A DNA stretch of 64,000 nt. Source: Eledone cirrhosa (lineage: Eukaryota). Each line of letters opens with the position of its first letter. Position 1 is the stretch's first letter. Of the stretch, positions 1 through 18,599 are shown in pieces. A model generated the notes under the pieces. It worked only from the letters and a program-made list of their open reading frames with translations. It did no database searches and was not told the DNA's origin. The stretch covers positions 123,504,001 to 123,568,000 of the forward strand of contig OZ024741.1 in the NCBI GenBank assembly GCA_964016885.1, in the 5' to 3' direction. A program made the translations under genes and the position numbers.

Positions 1-74
1 TTAGGCTGCTCAGCCGTTAATTTTCATAAGGAAAGTATCTACTTTCGAACGTTCAACTATCTGGCAGATGGGTA

Positions 75-119
75 AACGGTGCTGATGATAGCTAACAAGC
101 TTGAAACTAGTACATCGTT
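75..119 (+). ncRNA. Type I hammerhead ribozyme (minimal, PLE-type)
   Basis: AACGGTG-CTGATGA-T-AGCT(AACA)AGCT-T-GAA-ACTAGT-A-CATCGTT: 7-bp stem I, intact core, stem II, palindromic stem III, GUA site. Confidence 0.85.
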
Positions 120-277
120 CCTGTGTCAGTGTTGAACAAAAAGGTGACGTGGTTGCCTTAACACCGTATGGCATAAATTCAGGCTGTTCAGTTTGTTTAC
201 AAACGAACAAAGCGACGTTATAATAAGCGCCGCTAAACTGATACGTGCATATATGTATGTGTACCCGTATGCATATG

Positions 278-309
<32 letters not shown>

Positions 310-363
310 TGTGCATGCTACTGTACGTCTGTATACATATATGTATGTACGTATACATGCATA

Positions 364-400
<37 letters not shown>

Positions 401-424
401 CTTTATATCTAATAATCTCCCATT

Positions 425-944
425 AGGTTGAGATACAAATTTGGCTGTATTCTGCTGTGCTTTCTAGCAAATAGCCACCAGCCGTAAGCAACTACCACAC
501 CCCTTCCAACCTATCCGCTCCTACGGCATGATTCTTAGCCATTTTGAATGTATTCTCGGTGCGATCACTTTGGAAAATTTAATTATCTAGATTAGAGCAA
601 ACTCCTGAAGAGTCCGATGCTCGAATTTCCGAATATATTGGAAATCTCAAAAGGCGGACGAAACCATGGTAGAGGTCAATAAATGTATTCTCTTTTCTCC
701 TAGTTTATTTTACACCTAATTCTGTTTAATTAGCTGTATATCTGGGCGATTACACTGTCGAAATATTCAATAAATATTCCGTCGAAGCCGACGCGAAGGG
801 CTAGTTTCGGGTATTTGTTGGGGATTTCTTCATAGAAGCCTTATTCTTATAGCCTGGTCTATTCGATTTTTTATATAGTTGATTATGCTGATTGGGAGAG
901 GAAATGGTATATATTTTATCTGGTGATTCTATAGACATGTTTTA

Positions 945-948
<4 letters not shown>
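425..948 (+). mobile_element. PLE pLTR/3' end fragment ending in (TA)n
   Basis: Contains hammerhead 602-674; 3' end TTGATTATGCTGATTGGGAGA...GATTCTATAGACATG recurs at 34320-34425, 41690-41733, 46185-46272 and, inverted, at 45450-45530. Confidence 0.7.
602..674 (+). ncRNA. Type I hammerhead ribozyme
   Basis: CTC-CTGAAGA-GTCCG...CGGAC-GAA-ACCATGGT-A-GAG. Confidence 0.8.
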
Positions 949-1014
<66 letters not shown>

Positions 1015-1213
1015 TTTTTCTCGCGAGTCAGTTCTTTCGTTGTTACGGACTCCGCGGCTGAACTACCGGTCGCTATCTTCAATTTGCAAAGCTCTTTAAA
1101 CTGTATGTTATTACTCTGAGATTGTATACCTAGTCGAGTACTTGTCTGCACTTCTGAGTGTATTCGTCGGCTTAGCTGCGGCTCGAGCTTCGAATATGCT
1201 GTACTTCCATTTG

Positions 1214-1257
<44 letters not shown>

Positions 1258-1260
1258 CGC

Positions 1261-1338
<78 letters not shown>

Positions 1339-1533
1339 ATACTTGGGAAGGTCATATTTGTGTAATAATATTGCCAGAATTAATAACAGAACACACTCAC
1401 TGTTTGGTTGGTTTTCGCTTCTGTATCTTTTATATCGGTTAATTTAATTTATTCGGTCGTCAATGTTACCATTGACTGACCAACGGTCAAAAATACAGAT
1501 ACAATATAGACACAAACACATATATATAGTTTA

Positions 1534-1573
1534 ACAAAGTTCTTTCGTTGCACATCTGCAACATCATCTGTGG
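1534..1573 (-). ncRNA. Hammerhead-like fold with CAGATGA core in PLE 3' UTR
   Basis: CAGATGA-T-GTTGCA(GATG)TGCAAC-GAA-AGAACT-T-TG; stem I weak. Confidence 0.45.
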
Positions 1574-1856
1574 TGCTATTATGTTTCCTCCCGTTGTATT
1601 GTATGCCTATGCCATCTTTATTTAGTCTGTTTATTTATTTGTTTGTTTTTTGTCTTCTCTGCGCATGCGTTTGTGCGTGTGTATAGTGTTTTGTTTGCTG
1701 TGTGTTCGTGTTTGGGTGACTGTGTATTGGTTATTGTATTCTATCTTAGTTTACTAGTGTGTGTTTATATGTGTTTGTTGTTATTGTGCTGTGTAGGTAT
1801 TTATTTATTTATTTATACTTCTCTTAGGTCAGTGTTGTTTGTTTGGGTGTTGTTGT

Positions 1857-3269
1857 TATTCCATTCGTTTTTTTCTGTTTAGCCTTGGCCTTCTAAGTTC
1901 TATTTCGCTGGCCTCTCTGATTTGCCTATCTGCTGGGTCATTTCTATGTTTAGATATTATTCTAATTTCTATGTTGTCTATGTTACCATCATGTTGTTGT
2001 CTGGTATGTTCGTATAGTACTGAAGCGTTCGTTCGTCTTTAGTTCCCCCTAATGTTGGTCTATCCTTTCACCTATGCTACAAGCTGTCTCGCCTATGTAT
2101 GTTGTTGTCATTTTTCTGCAACTACCCTCTGTACATCTTATACTATAGACTACGTTTCTAGTTTTACAGTTTCATCGGGGGTTTACTTTACATATAATAC
2201 ATTTCCTATTAGTACAGTGGATTTTTTCTTAAAAGGGTAGGTTTTGCTGATCAGGGATTTTATGGTGGTACCTGGCTTTTCTGCCACCTTAATCTATAAG
2301 TGGGTCTTTCTCAGGGCCTTTCTACACTGGTTAGCTAATTTCCCTCCAGGGGTAGCGTCCACAAACATGACACTCTGGTATCTCTGGTTGTTGTACCATG
2401 AGCTGGCTTTCCCTATCTTATGTCTAGTCCTATCTAAGCTATTCCATGATTTGCTCCTGTGTAATGGGCAAATTATTTTCATGTCCAGTTCTATGAGGGT
2501 CTTATACTTCTCCGTGGCTCCTTCGTATACACTAATTCTGACTCTTTGGTTGTAGCCAGATAACTGCATGCCGTTGATGAAGTGTTGGATGTGTCTTTCC
2601 ATTTCTGTTGGGTCGCACATACGGGACACGTTCTTCATCACTCGTACCAAGTCTGCGATCCGAATATTAAACTTAGCACTACTGGACATTGCTGAGTTTT
2701 TGAGTATCAGGTATTTGGAGGCCATGGGTTTAGCATAGTCTGAGTGGAGAATTTGGGCTCTCTCGTCTATAGTGTTAATCCAGAGTTCCGTGTCTAATAC
2801 AGGTAGTCTATTGTTAGGGTGTTTGGAAGGGTAGTCGATAGTTACAGTTATACTCTGGTGTATGGAATTAGCTATCTGCTGGATGTTTTCCATTGTGCTA
2901 CGTTCTAAACCAAACTTGTTAGTACTCTCTTGTGGGGATGTACTTATTACTATATTGATGTTGTCTACGTAACGAGAGTAGATGATGAGGTCTATGGAGC
3001 TCTCATCAAGGAGAACTTTGAGTCTCCTTTTCCACCATACCATAAAAATGTTGGCAACGTCACCAGCAATGCTGACGCCAATGGTTGCTCCCTCATTTTG
3101 GGTATAGATCTTCTTGTTGAATTTGAATATGTGGCCCTTTAGGGTAGTTTTGATACAAGCCCCTATTGCATGTGCGACCATTTTTCTTACCTGATCATTG
3201 TTTTTGGGGTTCCGTATAGCTTTGGTCCACCCTATCCACCTTCCCATGAGAGTCTCTTTTGACATTGAA
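1857..3269 (-). pseudogene. PLE reverse transcriptase and GIY-YIG endonuclease, disrupted
   Basis: ORF motifs YTQNEGATIG, YSRYVDN (YxDD decayed), LPVLD, YAKPMAS; manual translation past the stop gives CTNRKCIIC..CKTRNVVYSIRC...TYIGETA..R..QH and RQIREASEI..PRLNRK with stops and frameshifts. Confidence 0.9.
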
Positions 3270-3380
3270 GTTATTAATTCTGGCAATATTATTACACAAA
3301 TATGACCCTCCCCAAGTATAACAATATTTGTTTCGTCACACGATATCATATCAAAATCCTCGCAAACTAATTCATCGCCG

Positions 3381-3415
<35 letters not shown>

Positions 3416-3463
3416 TATATATGTATATATGCATATATATATATATATATACATATATGCATT

Positions 3464-3501
<38 letters not shown>

Positions 3502-3561
3502 TATATGTGTTTTATATATATATGCATATATATGTATATATATATGCATATATATGTATAT

Positions 3562-5139
3562 AGTATAAAAGAGAAAACACAGGTAAGCATTAAGAGAAGG
3601 ATTTTATCCAGGTATTTACGACCGTTTCATTGGTATGTGCAACCTTATATTGCTATACTGCAAATAGAAGCCACTCAATTATAATTGTTGTTCACAGTCC
3701 ACATTTTCAAAATAGTAAGTTACTCTTGAAATAATTCAACAATAACAATACAATCACCATCGAACACAACAGAATATCTAATACACAACCACCCGCTAAT
3801 AAGCAAACAAAACGCAGTCTACCAATAATGACAATGTTGCCCATCACAAGAATTGTAACTTCCACCTACCTGAAACATGTCCATTACATAATGAATGTAT
3901 GCAGTCTAACCTGGTTTACCAATGCACAGTGGAATCAGACAACCAGAAATGGTATTACATCGGAGCGACTGGGAATACATTTAAAGCCCGTTGGTATACA
4001 CACCGTTACGCAATGAAACATTCCCAGCATCGTTATGTAACTACCCTTGCAAACAAGACCTGGCAACTGAGGGAAAGTAACCATCAATACACCCTGAAGT
4101 GGAAAAAATTATCGAACGCTCCCCCATATCGGAGTGGTATGAATAGCTGTCGATTATGCGACCTTGAGCTGTTCCACATCTTGAGTTCGAAGAATAAGTT
4201 ACTCAACAATAAAATCGAAAGATCAATTTATTGTAACCATAGACTCAAAGAGAAGTTTTCGCGCTACAAATGCAAATCGAACCCTTAACCTCTTACTACC
4301 AACTGACAAACTGCATATACTTAGACTTTATACCGTCTTGTTGTATCTAAACCCTTTTAATTACCCACAAAAACCAATACCTATATCCTCCCCCCTTATC
4401 CTTCATTCCTCTTCTATTTCTTCGTTTTCTTCCTTCCTTCCCTCCCCTTCTTTTCTTTTCTTCTTTCACCTCCTTCTTTGATTTTATTTTTGCAATTATT
4501 ATCTTTATCTTTATTTGTTATATATATATTTATCTCTTTATATCTGCCCCCTCTCTCCCCCTCTCTCTCTATCCATCCCTTCCACTATGATCAATTTAAT
4601 TCTCTTTAACTCACTATATTCCACGGCATGAAGTCTACTATCAAAGCTGACCAAGGAATCCTTCCACCTCTACACCTCCCTTCATCTCAGTTTGTCACTC
4701 TACTTCCTAACTCCCCCCCCCCTTCCTCTCTCTCTATACTATTCCGTTTGTCACCTCACCTTCTGATTCCTCTCTCTCTATACTAGTAAATACAATTCCA
4801 TATAAATGTTTTTCTCTATATATTAAGAATTATTTCAAGTGTAACTTACTCACTATTTTGTAAATTTCGACTGTGAACAACAATTATAATTGAGTGGCTG
4901 CTATTTGCAGTATAGCAATAAAGGTTGCACTTACCAATGAAACGGTCGTAAATACCTGGATAAAATCCTTCTCTTAATGCTTACCCGTGTTTTCTCTTTT
5001 ATACTTTATACTCCAAGATTGAACAGAATTCTTACAAACTTGTGGAGTTACCCCTAACCGTACGTTGAAACCATCCATGAAAACTGGCTTTCTTAAGCAA
5101 GAACTGAATCACAATAAGCAATTTTCTGCTTCCTTAACT
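3562..5139 (+). mobile_element. 5'-truncated PLE (Naiad-like) with inverted pLTR and tail
   Basis: Inverted arms 3562-3737 / 4827-5005, tail 5006-5139, GIY-YIG ORF inside, flanked by (TA)n. Confidence 0.9.
3851..4288 (+). pseudogene. PLE GIY-YIG endonuclease C-terminal fragment
   Basis: NCNFHLPETCPLHNECMQSNLVYQC...YYIGATGNTFKARWYTH...CRLCDLE...LLN...CNH; linker resembles CxCx5C with one Cys mutated. Confidence 0.88.
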
Positions 5140-6290
<1,151 letters not shown>

Positions 6291-7882
6291 AAAATAGCAT
6301 TTTCTATTAATCATCACCATCAACATCACTTTTATTATTATTATTATTGTTGTTGTTGTTGTTGTTGTTAGTGGTCATAGTGGTAGTAGAAGTAATACTC
6401 CTAGGCGTTATTATTGTTCATTTAACTAAATAAATAAATTTCTCTCAATAAACAGACAGTCACACACTCAGGTAGTTAGACGGCTAAGATTGTTTTCACA
6501 CTTACAAACGGTACCTGACCTGTTTCCACAGAGTTCTCATGGCTGAGTGCACTTTTAGAATACCTAGCTAGTAAATAGTTAGAATTGATTACACACTCAG
6601 TATACCTAGTTAGTAATTGATTACACACTCAGGCAAGACCGATTACGCGCATCTACATTTACTTGAAGATACTCTAACCATTGGATTTTATCGGTTGGGA
6701 TATAGCTAGTCGTATTGCACTCTCGGTTAGGACCGATTACGCTCTCTATACATAACTCTACACACAGTACCCGTTTTCTTTAGACATTTAGTTCCCACAG
6801 CTGCGACTGGTCACGTTCCTACCGATTGAACACTACACTAGGTTTTGATCCGTGATCATCTAACCATAGAGTGCTCATAGTTACGGATTGAACAATAATA
6901 CTTACACACCATTAATGGGCCTACACACATCCTCTGGGTTTTGCTATCCTTTGTTATTTACTTTACCTTTTGTGTTGGATAACACACCTCCACTGCTCAA
7001 ACACCTATCTTAAAAGCCGAAGGGCCCATTTGAGCGGAAATCTCACTTACTGACACATTAACCCAAATACCCAACCCTACACGGAGCCCCTTGCTGGCCT
7101 ACATTGCGGATGCTTGCGAGCACTGTTTTGGGGACTCAGACTCTCAATGGGACAGCGGTACCTACTGTATTCGATATGAGCTGATTGCTTGCTCTTCACA
7201 TGGATGTGTATATACCTGACATACACTTTTTCGGACGATACGGATGTGTATATACCATAACATACACTTGAAGATACTGATGTTACAATTCAATCTATAC
7301 ATGTATAACAGAACACTGAACTGAACTTACTTGCTTGTGTGTGTGTGTGTGTGTGTGTGTATGGGGCTGTGGTTAACCAAATATTTCCAATTTACATCGT
7401 CAAATTGAGATTTGACCAATGTAGCATTTGTTGTTTTGTAAACGAACTTTCGGTGAATGCTGTGTTGGTATATTCTTATTCTTATATTTGTTGTTGTTTC
7501 TATGACATCGCTTCTGTGTGTGTGAGAGTGTGTGTGTGTACCCACTCACACTAATTGTGACCTTCTATAGTTCTACAGGTTTGATGCTGTGTTGATATGT
7601 GTATATATATATTTTTTATTTCTTTGACCTCGAGCCTGTGTGTATGGGTGTTGAGTGTGTGTGTACCCACTCAAATTAACTGTGACCGACTGTATTTCTA
7701 CAGATCTGATTAATGTCCAGCGTCCTTTGCAACTATGGAATTTGACAGTTTTATGACCCTAACTGAAGCAGATAGCAATCGTCGTATTTATGACTACTCG
7801 ATCTTCATATGAGGGAATAAACTCTGTGAGTGAACATTGCTAATTTCCCCCCTCATATCAAGAATTTGAAGACAATTCATTT

Positions 7883-7956
7883 TCACCTGATGAGGTCAGT
7901 GGTAATTGATCATGGCTTTACGATCGATCTATCTCTTATTGAAACATGTGTCGTGA
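7883..7956 (+). ncRNA. Type I hammerhead-like fold with long irregular stem II
   Basis: TCAC-CTGATGA-...-GAA-ACATGTGT-C-GTGA; GUC site; base of stem II poorly paired. Confidence 0.6.
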
Positions 7957-8160
7957 TTAAAATGATTGGAATTTTACCTTACCTTCAGATTTTCATTTTG
8001 AGATATATATATATATGTATATATGACTATTATCTTCGGTTTTTCCGTTAATTGCCAGAGAACGTCTCTATGAAACACATAAGAGAATATTAGTCTTCGA
8101 CTTCTTTTATACCATAAACGTGGTTCTGTCTTTGCGTGTAATTGTTTATTACCGCTCCAA

Positions 8161-8232
8161 ATAATTGTTTCTGCTTTATGCACAATGCCACCAATTGCCC
8201 AGTGCATTACTGGTACTTTATTTTATCGACCC
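8161..8232 (-). mobile_element. SINE family A, 3' fragment
   Basis: Reverse complement of GGGTCGATAAAATAAAGTACCAGTAATGCACTGGG...AGAAACAATTAT. Confidence 0.85.
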
Positions 8233-8372
8233 AAATAATCACATATTATATTCGTTTTTTCCCGTTCTTTGCCAGGGAACATTTCCACGAACCAAAGTAT
8301 CGTCTACCTGTCTTCCTCCGGTTGCAACGTTTTTTGAAATATTCACTTCTGCGTTCACAGATTGACTTTGTT

Positions 8373-8423
8373 AGTTTCAGAAGATCCCGTTAAGGGTGAA
8401 AGCAGCGATTCTTTGCTTAAACT
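8373..8423 (+). ncRNA. Type I hammerhead with variant CAGAAGA core
   Basis: AGTTT-CAGAAGA-T-CCC(GTTAA)GGG-T-GAA-AGCA...TGCT-T-AAACT; all three stems pair. Confidence 0.7.
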
Positions 8424-8434
8424 TTAATCTGTTA

Positions 8435-8520
<86 letters not shown>

Positions 8521-8533
8521 TAACAGATTAAAG

Positions 8534-8565
<32 letters not shown>

Positions 8566-9484
8566 CGATATTAAACAAATGGAAACTATATTTATAAAAC
8601 CATATTTATTTCATTATACATATTTCAGGGATACCATATTAATAATATGGCATGCCTTCGTCAGATAAAATACAATATATAAACAGTTTTATAAATAATT
8701 TTGACGTACCATATTATAAGCGACCATTAAATTAGGAAGCTGTCTGGGTAGTGATTTGTTAATAATTATTTAGTTATAGTGTTAAGCACAATTAGAAAAA
8801 AGACCTAGAGAAAGAAGAAACGGAGGTAAAGAAAAAACATATATTTATATTTTCTCTCTCTCTTCCTTTCCTCCCCCCCTCTCTCTCTCCGTTTTTTTCT
8901 TTTTCTTTATCTCCAGTTTTTTCTTTCTCTCCGTCTTTTTTCTAACTGTGCTTAAAACTATAACTAAATCAATATAATCCTTCTCTCTCTTTATAGTACT
9001 CCCTCTCTCTTGAGTTGTTCTATATGTATGGTGAATTATTATTTATCTGTTACTTTCGTTTGCCTCTCTTATTTCTTCCTTGTTCCTTTTCACCTCCTCC
9101 TTTCTTTCTCTCCCCTCCATTTCTCTGTTTTTTCTTTACCTCCGTTTCTTCTTTCTCCCCGTCTTTTTTCTAACTGTGCTTAACACTATAACTAAATAAT
9201 TATAAACAAATCACTACCCAGACAGCTTCCTAATTTAATGGCCGCTTATAATATGGTACGTAAAATTATTTATAAAACTGTTTATATATTGTATTTTATC
9301 TGACGAAGGCATGCCATATTTTTAATATGGTATCCCTGAAATATGTATAATGAAATAAATATGGTTTTATAAATATAGTTTCCATTTGTTTAATATCCTA
9401 TATATACTCCAAAAACTTGTCGAGTGCTTTATATCAGTATAAAATATTTACTTGTTGTAACCCAATAATTTTAAATAAAACCTT

Positions 9485-9488
<4 letters not shown>
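8566..9488 (+). mobile_element. Non-coding PLE foldback insertion (inverted pLTRs plus tail)
   Basis: Arms ~8566-8838 / ~9127-9399, tail 9400-9488; hammerheads at 8607-8672 (-) and 9292-9357 (+); same family as 49752-53639, 55516 and 30240. Confidence 0.85.
9292..9357 (+). ncRNA. Type I hammerhead ribozyme
   Basis: TATTTTAT-CTGACGA-AGG...CCT-GAA-ATATGTAT-A-ATGAAATA; 8-bp stem I, long stem II, AUA site. Confidence 0.75.
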
Positions 9489-9572
<84 letters not shown>

Positions 9573-9754
9573 TATATATATATATATTCATATATATATA
9601 TATATATATATTTCGTTTCTGAATTTGTTTAGCAAGATACTTTATCTGAAATTTGTAGATTTGTAAATTTATAAATTTATAAATATATAATAAATTGAAG
9701 TGAAAGCAACTGATGCGTGTGTTTCTTATTGGCAACATGACCCTCCCAAAGTAT

Positions 9755-10455
<701 letters not shown>

Positions 10456-10593
10456 ATATATATATAGTAAGTTAGAAACCCAGAGTAGTCTCTTACAATT
10501 AAATATTTCTAAGAAAAGATCTTTATCCGAGCCGTGTAATATAATTGAATAAACAAGAGAGATGGACACTAATATAAACATACTAATATAAAC

Positions 10594-10760
10594 GAATCGT
10601 AATTACTAGGTTTTCTAGGTGAAAAAATACTAACTACAGCAATAAGGTTTGTCAGTCTCTATTTAAGTTATAAATTAAGAAAAATAACAGACATATATCG
10701 GGAAATTGACTGGCAGTAGTTAATATTTTTTCACCCTAGCAAACCTAGTCCTTACGATTC
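10594..10760. repeat. Imperfect ~47-bp inverted repeat, probable PLE end
   Basis: 10594-10640 vs 10713-10760; related end at ~56680-56735. Confidence 0.6.
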
Positions 10761-11352
10761 GAACACACATATATATATATATTCGATCCAACAATCCCAG
10801 AATTCAAGCAGAACCACCCGAATGTTAATGTACTGAGGACATACCACCCCACTGTTATTAGCTGTCAACTGACCAACTGGTCACTAAATCAACATCATAA
10901 ATCTCCCAACATTTCTTTCACTCTCTCCTTAAAGTCACATCAACCCGATTATGATAAAACAATCAGACTGCCAGGAATTAACCACCCATATTTCAACATT
11001 ACCCCTCTCAATTTTTATTCGTTATCTATCTACTCCTTTCCAGTCCTTAGCTCTACCCCTTCTGTCTCATTCTGGTATCACCACCCCCACTCTCTGTCAC
11101 CTGTCGTGTATCTCTTCCACTCTTATTTTTTATTTATTATGTTTCATCTTTTATCTGTTATTTGTTACTATTTTTTATTTTTTACTCTAATCCTCTGAGA
11201 TTTGACCACTAGGTATATATGTATTTAATGTTTATTTTCATGTTAGTGTATTCTACATTCATCTCGTCTTTACACATACACTTACACACCACTGCATCTT
11301 TAAACACCACCACCACCACCACCACTATTATCAGCAATCCTATTCTATACAT

Positions 11353-11627
11353 TATCGGTAGAGGGTCGGACGCCATGCTTTCCAGCGTAGTTACGTCCCT
11401 TTATGATCTGAGTTCAAATCCCGCCGAGGTTGACTTTGCCTTTCATCCTTACGGGGTCGATAAAATAAAGTACCAGTAATGAACTGGGCAAATGCTGGCC
11501 CTGTGCCTAAAGTAGAAACAATTATTTTAGGTTAACTTGGCCTTTCATCCTTCCGGGGTCGATAAAATAAAGTACCAGTAATGCACTGGGTATGTGCTGG
11601 CCTTGTGCCAAAAGTAGAAACAATTAT
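11353..11627 (+). mobile_element. tRNA-derived SINE family A, one near-full copy plus tandem 3' half
   Basis: B-box-like GAGTTCAAATCC; core GCCTTTCATCCTTACGGGGTCGATAAAATAAAGTACCAG (Nin/Deu-like); resembles octopus OR/OK SINEs. Confidence 0.9.
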
Positions 11628-12131
11628 TTTTTTAACTTATTTTTTACGTCTTTATCATCTTCATTCTAGCTTCTTTATTATTATCTTTTATTGTTGATGT
11701 TATTGTTTTCATTTTCCGTTGTATCTATAAATACCAATGCCATATGTTAAACCTCCAGTATTCCGATGATTTGACCAGAAGCAAGCGCTGTATTTAATGT
11801 CGAGTGACGCAATTTCGAGTGATTAGCAGCATTTGTTAATGCTATAAATAAAACCTTTTTTGTACGGACGACCATGTGATTCTTCAATCTTTCACTATAT
11901 ATATCACTATCATTTGATAATGCATAAAATGGTGAAACTGGTAATAGACAATTATTAAATATATAAATAGATAAATAAATGCCATTGTTAAATAATCAAT
12001 AAATCAACTTATATTTCGTTTAAAATATTTCGTTTTAATCATTTTTTTAACCCAGAAAAAAGAGAGAGATAAAAAAAAAAGGAAAGAAAAAAAATTGTTC
12101 TTCCTGATAATCGTCTCTTTCTCCCTGTTTT

Positions 12132-12940
<809 letters not shown>

Positions 12941-12949
12941 ATATAGATA

Positions 12950-13392
12950 GGTAAATATACACGGGTGTGTATGATTGTGTATAGAAGATTATATTAATAA
13001 GAGGAATTCCAACTTTGTCTGATTTACTCGTTTATTTACAATCCTTTAAAATATATATAATGGTATTATAATGAAATAGTATGATAGAATATTAAATTCT
13101 AAGTGTTAATTGAACAAGTACTTTCATGCTTTCGCAATCTTCAGGTTCATGATATGTGGTGACAGTCGAGTTTGCAATTTTCAACTGTGAAAATTTGAAG
13201 TTGAAAATTGCAAACTCGACTGTCACCACATATCATGAACCTGAAGATTGCGAAAGCATGAAAGTACTTGTTCAATTAACACTTAGAATTTAATATTCTA
13301 TCATACTATTTCATTATAATACCATTATATATATTTTAAAGGATTGTAAATAAAACGAGTAAATCAGACAAAGTTGGAATTCCTCGTATTAA

Positions 13393-13395
<3 letters not shown>
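12950..13395. mobile_element. PLE foldback insertion: ~196-bp arms, 12-nt spacer, one tail
   Basis: Arms 12991-13186 / 13199-13395 almost perfectly complementary; tail 12950-12990; hammerheads at 13111-13149 (-) and 13236-13274 (+). Confidence 0.85.
13236..13274 (+). ncRNA. Minimal type I hammerhead ribozyme (39 nt)
   Basis: TGAAC-CTGAAGA-T-TGC(GAAA)GCA-T-GAA-AGTACT-T-GTTCA; GNRA-capped stem II, CUU site. Confidence 0.85.
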
Positions 13396-13446
<51 letters not shown>

Positions 13447-13453
13447 TATATAC

Positions 13454-13536
<83 letters not shown>

Positions 13537-13559
13537 TATATACATATATATACATATAC

Positions 13560-13644
<85 letters not shown>

Positions 13645-13673
13645 TATATACATATATATACATATATATATAC

Positions 13674-13992
<319 letters not shown>

Positions 13993-14196
13993 GTATTAGT
14001 TATACTATTTATGGTTATGTAAACACAAAACCTTAAGCAGTTGTAAGTATTTTACACACACCCTAAATAGTGGTAGGCAGTAATGTATTACTACCTTATT
14101 ACCAGTAAGTTAAGTAGCTCAATGTAAAAACATCAGATGATTTACAGAGCAGTTATATGAAATATAAGAATCAAAGAACTGTTCAAAACGTTATTG

Positions 14197-14243
14197 TGCT
14201 TACAGCTGTTTCCTCCAAACCGAGGTTTGGATTCTTCGGAGCA
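14197..14243 (-). ncRNA. Type I hammerhead with CCGAAGA core (duplicate at 16693-16739)
   Basis: TGCT-CCGAAGA-A-TCCAAACC(TC)GGTTTGGA-G-GAA-ACAGCTGT-A-AGCA, inside island 13992-14421. Confidence 0.7.
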
Positions 14244-14429
14244 ATTTATTAATGCATGGACAGTTATATGACCTCCTTTTCAGCCGAGAGACATACCAAT
14301 ACATATTCAAACATTGATACATATTCAAACATTGTGGGTCAACATTCATTACAGAATTTAGAGTGGCAGTACACACTTCGAGATTACATTTATATTAATA
14401 GATACAATCAAAAATCAAGGATATATGTA

Positions 14430-14499
<70 letters not shown>

Positions 14500-14508
14500 C
14501 ATATAAAC

Positions 14509-14978
<470 letters not shown>

Positions 14979-15036
14979 TATATACATATATATATATATA
15001 TGTATATATATATGTATATATATGTATATATATACA

Positions 15037-15128
<92 letters not shown>

Positions 15129-15264
15129 TATATGTATATATATATGTATATATATATATATTTATGTATATATATATGTATATATATATGTATATATATA
15201 TGTATATATATATGTATGTATATATATATGTATATATATATGTATATATATATATATGTATATA

Positions 15265-15334
<70 letters not shown>

Positions 15335-15347
15335 CATATATATATAC

Positions 15348-16917
<1,570 letters not shown>

Positions 16918-16947
16918 TATATGTATATATATATATTTATATACATA

Positions 16948-16997
<50 letters not shown>

Positions 16998-17038
16998 CAT
17001 ATAAACATATATATACATATATATATATACATATAAAC

Positions 17039-17117
<79 letters not shown>

Positions 17118-17141
17118 CATATATATAATATATATATATAC

Positions 17142-17491
<350 letters not shown>

Positions 17492-17505
17492 AATATATAT
17501 ATATA

Positions 17506-17712
<207 letters not shown>

Positions 17713-18149
17713 CATATATATACATATATATATATATATAATATATATATATATAATAAATGTTGTCTGAGTTTTTCGAATATTAATAATAACATTCAAT
17801 TCGTTTGCAATTATGCAAACAAGCCTCATTTTTAATGCCATGTCAGTAGAATGAACCCTTCATTCTTGCTCTTGTATTGGCATGTAAACAGAGCTGCAGA
17901 CACCCTTCATCAGTATAGCTCACTGTTCACCTGCTAACTGTCAGAGCAAGTGAAAATATATGCTATTTTCTAAAATATACAGTGAATTATCGGCCTAATC
18001 TGCATATTAGCAGATCCACTAATCAGCCAGATTTGCATATCAGCAGACTGGCAAGTCAGTTTCCTGTATACGAGCGATAATGGTCGGCTTTACCACATTC
18101 AAATAAATTAAATACATTTTTTTTTTTTGTATTCAGCCATTTAAAGCGT

Positions 18150-18329
<180 letters not shown>

Positions 18330-18355
18330 TATATATATGTATATACATATATATA

Positions 18356-18387
<32 letters not shown>

Positions 18388-18399
18388 ATATATATATAT

Positions 18400-18599
18400 N
18401 NNNNNNNNNNNNNNNNNNNNNNNNNNNNNNNNNNNNNNNNNNNNNNNNNNNNNNNNNNNNNNNNNNNNNNNNNNNNNNNNNNNNNNNNNNNNNNNNNNNN
18501 NNNNNNNNNNNNNNNNNNNNNNNNNNNNNNNNNNNNNNNNNNNNNNNNNNNNNNNNNNNNNNNNNNNNNNNNNNNNNNNNNNNNNNNNNNNNNNNNNNN
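18400..18599. other. Assembly gap (200 N)
   Basis: Run of N. Confidence 1.

Larger units (their letters stand above)
1331..3382 (-). mobile_element. 5'-truncated Penelope-like element with inverted terminal repeat, inserted in (TA)n
   Basis: RT + Zn-finger + GIY-YIG remnants; ~57-bp inverted repeat 1331-1387 / 3270-3327; extra tail 3328-3382; (TA)n on both sides. Confidence 0.9.

Noticed and set aside
4885-4956. Hammerhead in the pLTR of the 3562-5139 element
   Set aside because: GAA-ACGGTCGT-A is present but no CUGANGA-like core in either arm; at best a decayed remnant
6416-7326. Possible solo LTR with short internal repeats (GATTACACACTCAG, GACCGATTACGC)
   Set aside because: No convincing TG...CA termini with target-site duplication and no second copy in the window
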